Program-made: the position numbers and the translations under genes | Shown: piece by piece, positions 60,306 through 64,000 of the stretch | Layout of the letters: each line of letters starts with the position of its first letter | How positions within the stretch are numbered: the first letter of the stretch is position 1 | The notes under the pieces: model-generated | Database searches by the model: none | The model's input: the letters and a program-made list of their open reading frames with translations, nothing else | What the model was told of the DNA's origin: nothing | Assembly: GCA_027858315.1 (NCBI GenBank) | Contig: JAQICV010000092.1 | Span: forward strand, 334-64,333 | Length of the DNA stretch: 64,000 nucleotides | From: Candidatus Woesearchaeota archaeon | GTDB taxonomy: Archaea > Nanobdellota > Nanobdellia > Woesearchaeales > UBA583 | Reading direction: 5' to 3'

Positions 60306-61614
60306 TTTTGATGATGTTAAGAATGGTTTTGATAAAAATGAAGATTATTTAAGGATTGATATTACAGGGGAAAATGTTGCAAAAGTTTCTTTTCTTATTT
60401 TGTATTATAAAGAGCATGGATTCAAGAATTTTTTACTTAATTATAATTTTGAATTTATTGATTTGAATTTTAAAAAATTATTTACTAAACTTAAAATAGC
60501 TAATATTTTAAGATTGGTTGAAGAGTATGGATTTAAAGTTTCATTTTGTGGACTTCCAAGTTGTATTTTTGAGAGGAGCATTTTACGACCACAAGATAGA
60601 TGGAAGTTTGAGGATAAAATTAGATTTATGCCTACTTGTGACTTTTGTGAGACTGAGACTATGAAGGGAGACCATTGTGGAGATTGTATGAGTGGAAGTT
60701 TGTGTAAAGGTTTTTCTAAGAATTATTTTGAAAATTATGGTTGTGATGATTTTGAACCTTTGACAAAAAATATTGACCTTGAAACTCTTCATATTGAAGA
60801 AATTGCTAAATTTAAGTCTGAAGCTGTTAAGTTTTATGCGGAAAAAGTTTTAGAAGATTATATTAAAGATCATTTTTTTATGCGAAAAAGGTTTGTTTTT
60901 TTGAATTCTTATCCTAGAGATGATCCAACTAATTTTTCTGATAAGTTTGTTTATCATATTTTTAATCGAAAAGATGATTTTGAAGAGACATATGATTTTT
61001 TGCAGGGTTTTTTTGATAAAGATTTTTTGAAGTCTATTCGAGAGTATATGTTTGGTTCTTCACAGATTACAATTAGTTTGGGTATGAGTAATGATGATGT
61101 TTTGAAGAAGACTATTTATTTATCACTTGACGGAATTGATGAAGAGCAAAGGGAGCAATTTTTAAAGTTTTTTGATATAAAGGTTCAAGGTAATAATGTT
61201 TGGTGTGTAGGTTTTGATTTCAGAGCTGATTTGGTCGGATATAAAGTTTCTTATAAGGAGGATAGTGTGTCAAGTATTGATTTGAAGAGATTTGTTCAAG
61301 AAATTGGACTTGAGAGTAAAAAGAATCTTATGAGATTTTCAAATTCATTGATTAAACCTCTTAATAATGTTTTGTATGATTATAAGTATAGACATGGTGA
61401 ACATATATCTAAGAGAATTAATGTTTCTTTAGAGAGTAATAATTTTAGACTTAATCAGTTAGCACTTTTGTTTAAAATTCCTATGGCATTTTATGATGAT
61501 AAGGAACTTTTGAATTTGAGTTTTGAGATGTCTGAGGGAGAAATTGAAACTATTAATTTGTATTATTCTTTGAAACTTCCAGAAGAAGAAGAGAGAGATT
61601 ATATTTTTAATTGA
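60292..61614 (+). CDS. Hypothetical 440-aa protein with a Cys cluster
   Basis: C-x2-C-x9-C-x2-C-x6-C (CDFCETETMKGDHCGDCMSGSLC). No family assignable by eye. Confidence 0.55.
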   Translation: MRVISFDDVKNGFDKNEDYLRIDITGENVAKVSFLILYYKEHGFKNFLLNYNFEFIDLNFKKLFTKLKIANILRLVEEYGFKVSFCGLPSCIFERSILRPQDRWKFEDKIRFMPTCDFCETETMKGDHCGDCMSGSLCKGFSKNYFENYGCDDFEPLTKNIDLETLHIEEIAKFKSEAVKFYAEKVLEDYIKDHFFMRKRFVFLNSYPRDDPTNFSDKFVYHIFNRKDDFEETYDFLQGFFDKDFLKSIREYMFGSSQITISLGMSNDDVLKKTIYLSLDGIDEEQREQFLKFFDIKVQGNNVWCVGFDFRADLVGYKVSYKEDSVSSIDLKRFVQEIGLESKKNLMRFSNSLIKPLNNVLYDYKYRHGEHISKRINVSLESNNFRLNQLALLFKIPMAFYDDKELLNLSFEMSEGEIETINLYYSLKLPEEEERDYIFN

Positions 61615-61633
61615 ATCTTTTGTTTAACTTATG

Positions 61634-61641
61634 TTTATAAA
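61634..61641 (+). promoter_or_regulatory. TATA box TTTATAAA, 29 nt upstream of ATG 61663
   Basis: Exact consensus octamer at the spacing recurrent in this window. Confidence 0.5.
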
Positions 61642-61662
61642 TTAGTGTTTATTATTGATTTT

Positions 61663-62481
61663 ATGTTAAAAAAGTTATTATCTAGTACTATAATGGCAAG
61701 TTTTTTGTTTTTTTCTGGTGGAGTTTCTAATTCTTTTTCTGATGGTTTTAGGTCTAATACTTTTAATTATGTTGTGAATGGTGAAGAGAAAAGTTTTGAT
61801 TTTAAAACTGTTGGTTCTTTGGAGAGAAGGATTGAGTCTTTGCCTAGGGAGATTTTTACAACTAGAGATAATGTTAAAAATATTACTGAGAAGATTTTCA
61901 TTGAAAATTTTTTGTCTGATGATGAACAGAAATCTGAGCTTAGACCTTTTTTTCAAATTTTACAAAATAAAACTAAGAATGATGAGGATACTGCTAAAGC
62001 AATTATTAGTACTGTTCAAGATATTCCTTATGATTTTGAGACTAAAGGTAAAAAAATTAAATTACCTTATCAAGTTTTACATCAAAATAAAGGAGATTGT
62101 GATGAGAAGACTAATCTTTCAATTTTACTTTTGCGTGAGATGAATTATGGTGTAGGTGTTTTTAATTTTGAGAATCATTCTATGCTTGCTTTGAAGTGTC
62201 CTAAAAAAATTTCTTATGAAGATTCTGGTTACTGTGCAGTTGAGATGACTAAGAGAAGTATTTTTGGTTATATGCCTAAGAGTAGTGTTTATAAAAATCC
62301 TAAATTAATAGTTATTGCCGATGGTAAAGAAATTAAGAATGTTTCTTTAGAGATTAGTGATTCAAGAGAATATGAAAATTTACAAAGAATTGGCATTGCA
62401 AATAGAGGGAAATTATCAAAAGATGACTTTTTTGAATACAAGAGTATTTTGAATAAATATGGTATGAATAATGGGGGTTGA
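61663..62481 (+). CDS. Secreted protein with possible transglutaminase-like/cysteine-peptidase fold
   Basis: Signal peptide. NKGDCDEKTNLSILLLREMNYGVGVFNFENHSMLAL resembles the G-x-C...H arrangement of transglutaminase-like cores; this is weak. Start set at the ATG; the ORF-track start at 61645 is a GTG. Confidence 0.4.
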   Translation: MLKKLLSSTIMASFLFFSGGVSNSFSDGFRSNTFNYVVNGEEKSFDFKTVGSLERRIESLPREIFTTRDNVKNITEKIFIENFLSDDEQKSELRPFFQILQNKTKNDEDTAKAIISTVQDIPYDFETKGKKIKLPYQVLHQNKGDCDEKTNLSILLLREMNYGVGVFNFENHSMLALKCPKKISYEDSGYCAVEMTKRSIFGYMPKSSVYKNPKLIVIADGKEIKNVSLEISDSREYENLQRIGIANRGKLSKDDFFEYKSILNKYGMNNGG

Positions 62482-62544
62482 TTAATTTTAATTTTTTTAT
62501 TTAGAATACTGAGAGTTTATAATTTTTTAAATAATTAATTAAAA

Positions 62545-62970
62545 TTATTGTTGTGGAGGTTGTGTGTTTGTTTCAATTGGTTGTTGAACTTCTTGTTGAT
62601 TTATCTGTTGTTCAGGAATATTAGTTTGTGCTTGAATTGGTGTTGAAATAACACCTTCTTTAGCTATTTTGTTTAATTTTATTTGAACAATTGGAGGGAT
62701 TACGAAACCTACAAATATCCAAAGAATAAAATATAACCAAGTATTATTATCTTTTGCAGCATATTTAGCATATCCTTCACAATATTTATAAGACCAGTAG
62801 ATTCCTACAAAAGGAATTATTAATAACCATGCTGTAGGGATTTGAGCTCCTAATTCTTCATTCATCTCATTTTTTGTTGATACTAACCAATAGATTATGT
62901 AAATTCCAAAAGTAATTACTGTTAATATTGCACCAACTATTAAATTTCTATGTTTTACCATAGTAAGCAA
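62545..62970 (-). CDS. DUF4234-like small membrane protein with a Gln/Pro-rich tail
   Basis: ILTVITFGIYIIYWLVSTKNEMNEE and a second TM pair are typical of DUF4234. The C-terminal tail is QQINQQEVQQPIETNTQPPQQ. Confidence 0.55.
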   Translation of the reverse strand: MLTMVKHRNLIVGAILTVITFGIYIIYWLVSTKNEMNEELGAQIPTAWLLIIPFVGIYWSYKYCEGYAKYAAKDNNTWLYFILWIFVGFVIPPIVQIKLNKIAKEGVISTPIQAQTNIPEQQINQQEVQQPIETNTQPPQQ

Positions 62971-63071
62971 TTATTATCTTTCTTTATTAATTTTATGTTT
63001 AAAGAAGTAGAGTTAAATTTATAATAATGTAAATTTTGTTTATGTTAAATAGTTTTAGAAAAATATGTTAA

Positions 63072-63113
63072 AGCTACTGGCGGGAATTGAACCCGCGACC
63101 TCGACATTACCAA
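63072..63113 (-). other. 3' fragment of a tRNA, anticodon loop to 3' end, consistent with tRNA-Thr(GGU) (att-like)
   Basis: Minus strand reads TTGGTAA-TGTCG-AGGTC-GCGGG-TTCAATT-CCCGC-CAGTAGC-T. It has a perfect T-arm and an anticodon-loop-like TTGGTAA, but no 5' anticodon-stem strand, D-arm or 5' acceptor strand upstream. Confidence 0.55.
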
Positions 63114-63166
63114 CAGGGACCGGAGAGAGGGGATATGGAGAAGGGAGAGGATTTAAGCGAAACTGT

Positions 63167-63985
63167 ATGTTTTTTCGTATATACGATAAAAATTTAACTC
63201 AGTATTATATATGGATTGAGAAAAGAAATTCTGAATGTTATGCTAAATCTATGAAGTCAGCTTTGAGGAAATTATTTAAACATTTAAGAAATAAAAGCAT
63301 AGCAAAACCAATAGATTTACTTAATTTAATTAAAACTAAAGAGTTAAATGAAGAATATAGTGTAAAGGGTTTTAGAAGTTGGCTTATTTTTTGTGAAGAA
63401 TATGAATTGTTAGATGATTCTACAATTTTGCTTTTTAGAAATAAGTTAAAGCTTCCTAAGTATTATGGAATTGATAATTATATTCCTTCTAAAGAGCAAA
63501 TTAGAGAGAATTTGATTAATGTTAAGGATTATTGTTATGAAAGCTATATTGTTGTTAGAATTTTAATTGAAAGCGGTTTAAGAGTTAAAGAAGTAATTGA
63601 GTTTTTGAGAACTTATGATAGAGGTAAAATTGAAGTATTTGAGAATTTTGTTGTTTATCCTTTATTCTTTTTGAGAGGAAATAAGACATCATATTATATT
63701 TTCTTTAGTAGAAATACATTTGAAGAGTTTAAGGAGATTGATTTTAGTAGTTATAATATTGAAAGATTGAAAACTTACATTAAAAGACATAATTTTATTC
63801 CTTTGAAATATATGAGGAAGTTTAATTTTACTTTATTAGTTGAATCTGAGATTAATTTTGAGATTGCTAATTTTATTCAAGGACGAGCTTCAAAGAATGT
63901 AGGGTTTAAACATTATTTAGCAAAGAAGCAACTTGCAGTTAAAGAATATGAGAAGGTTGTTGGGTTGTTTGAAAGAATAAGCTAA
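63167..63985 (+). CDS. Tyrosine recombinase / phage-type integrase
   Basis: ESGLRVKEVIEF (catalytic Arg box) and C-terminal FIQGRASKNVGFKHYLAKK (His/Arg...Tyr region). Start set at the internal ATG (MFFRIY), because the first 34 codons of the ORF-track call translate the tRNA fragment and a purine-rich tract. Confidence 0.7.
   Translation: MFFRIYDKNLTQYYIWIEKRNSECYAKSMKSALRKLFKHLRNKSIAKPIDLLNLIKTKELNEEYSVKGFRSWLIFCEEYELLDDSTILLFRNKLKLPKYYGIDNYIPSKEQIRENLINVKDYCYESYIVVRILIESGLRVKEVIEFLRTYDRGKIEVFENFVVYPLFFLRGNKTSYYIFFSRNTFEEFKEIDFSSYNIERLKTYIKRHNFIPLKYMRKFNFTLLVESEINFEIANFIQGRASKNVGFKHYLAKKQLAVKEYEKVVGLFERIS
63167..63985 (+). mobile_element. Integrase module flanked by tRNA 3' sequences (remnant or edge of an integrated element)
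   Basis: The integrase gene lies between a tRNA 3' fragment (63072-63113, minus) and the 3' end of another minus-strand tRNA (63980-64000). Confidence 0.45.
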
Positions 63986-64000
63986 TGCCGAGAATCGAAC
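63980..64000 (-). tRNA. 3' end of a minus-strand tRNA gene, truncated by the window edge
   Basis: Minus strand reads GTTCGATT-CTCGG-CATTAGC-T: T-loop, T-stem 3' strand, acceptor 3' strand and discriminator. It overlaps the integrase stop codon. Identity not determinable. Confidence 0.5.

Noticed and set aside
61678-62143. Alternative-frame ORFs 61678-61956 (minus) and 61778-62143 (plus) overlapping the 278-aa gene
   Set aside because: They have Lys/Arg/Ile/Leu-rich low-complexity translations. The annotated frame has a signal peptide and an ordinary globular composition.
63065-63166. N-terminal 34 codons of the ORF-track integrase call (MLKLLAGIEPATSTLPTGTGERGYGEGRGFKRNC)
   Set aside because: This stretch translates the reverse complement of a tRNA T-arm/acceptor and the purine-rich tract. 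The integrase most likely starts at ATG 63167.
1-64000. Idea that the whole window is one integrated element bounded by tRNA fragments at both ends
   Set aside because: The fragments differ in sequence and lie on opposite strands. The interior carries core housekeeping genes: ribosomal proteins, smc, rad50, cca, endA and signal peptidase.

Overview
By eye this is a very AT-rich, gene-dense archaeal chromosome segment (G+C not computed). The archaeal assignment rests on the L7Ae-S28e-L24e operon, tRNA-splicing endonuclease EndA, a class I CCA-adding enzyme, an ER/archaeal-type signal peptidase, SMC, Rad50, and TTTATAAA TATA boxes at a fixed distance from start codons, which implies mostly leaderless mRNAs. 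The composition, the compact housekeeping set and the large surface-protein load suggest a small-genome DPANN-like archaeon; this is inference only. About 40% of the window encodes secreted or membrane-anchored proteins. Three of these are paralogous giants of 1197, 1234 and 2774 aa, built from DUF2341, concanavalin-A-like, PA14 and MAM modules plus Ig-like repeats. There is also a scattered glycogen module: two GH57 enzymes, a GT4/5-like synthase and a eukaryote-type GT3 synthase, the latter coupled to a CobA/CobO-like P-loop protein. Other contents are a DUF134/NifX-like/split-permease operon, a UvrD-type helicase with an HRDC domain, a rhomboid protease, and a tyrosine recombinase flanked by tRNA 3' fragments. 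The strongest unexplained signals are: (1) one near-identical perfect palindrome (TCGTAC-TTA-GTACGA core, 9-10 bp arms) lying between the TATA box and the ATG of two DUF2341 paralogues 31 kb apart; (2) a C-terminal module shared by all three giants, ending [IMV][IV]G[LM][DE]-stop with no TM anchor; (3) a minus-strand block at 17.5-24.2 kb in which three of the four proteins have no recognisable family, led by a secreted transglutaminase-like protein. I saw no rRNA, CRISPR array or complete canonical tRNA. All family calls come from motifs read in the supplied translations; no searches were run.
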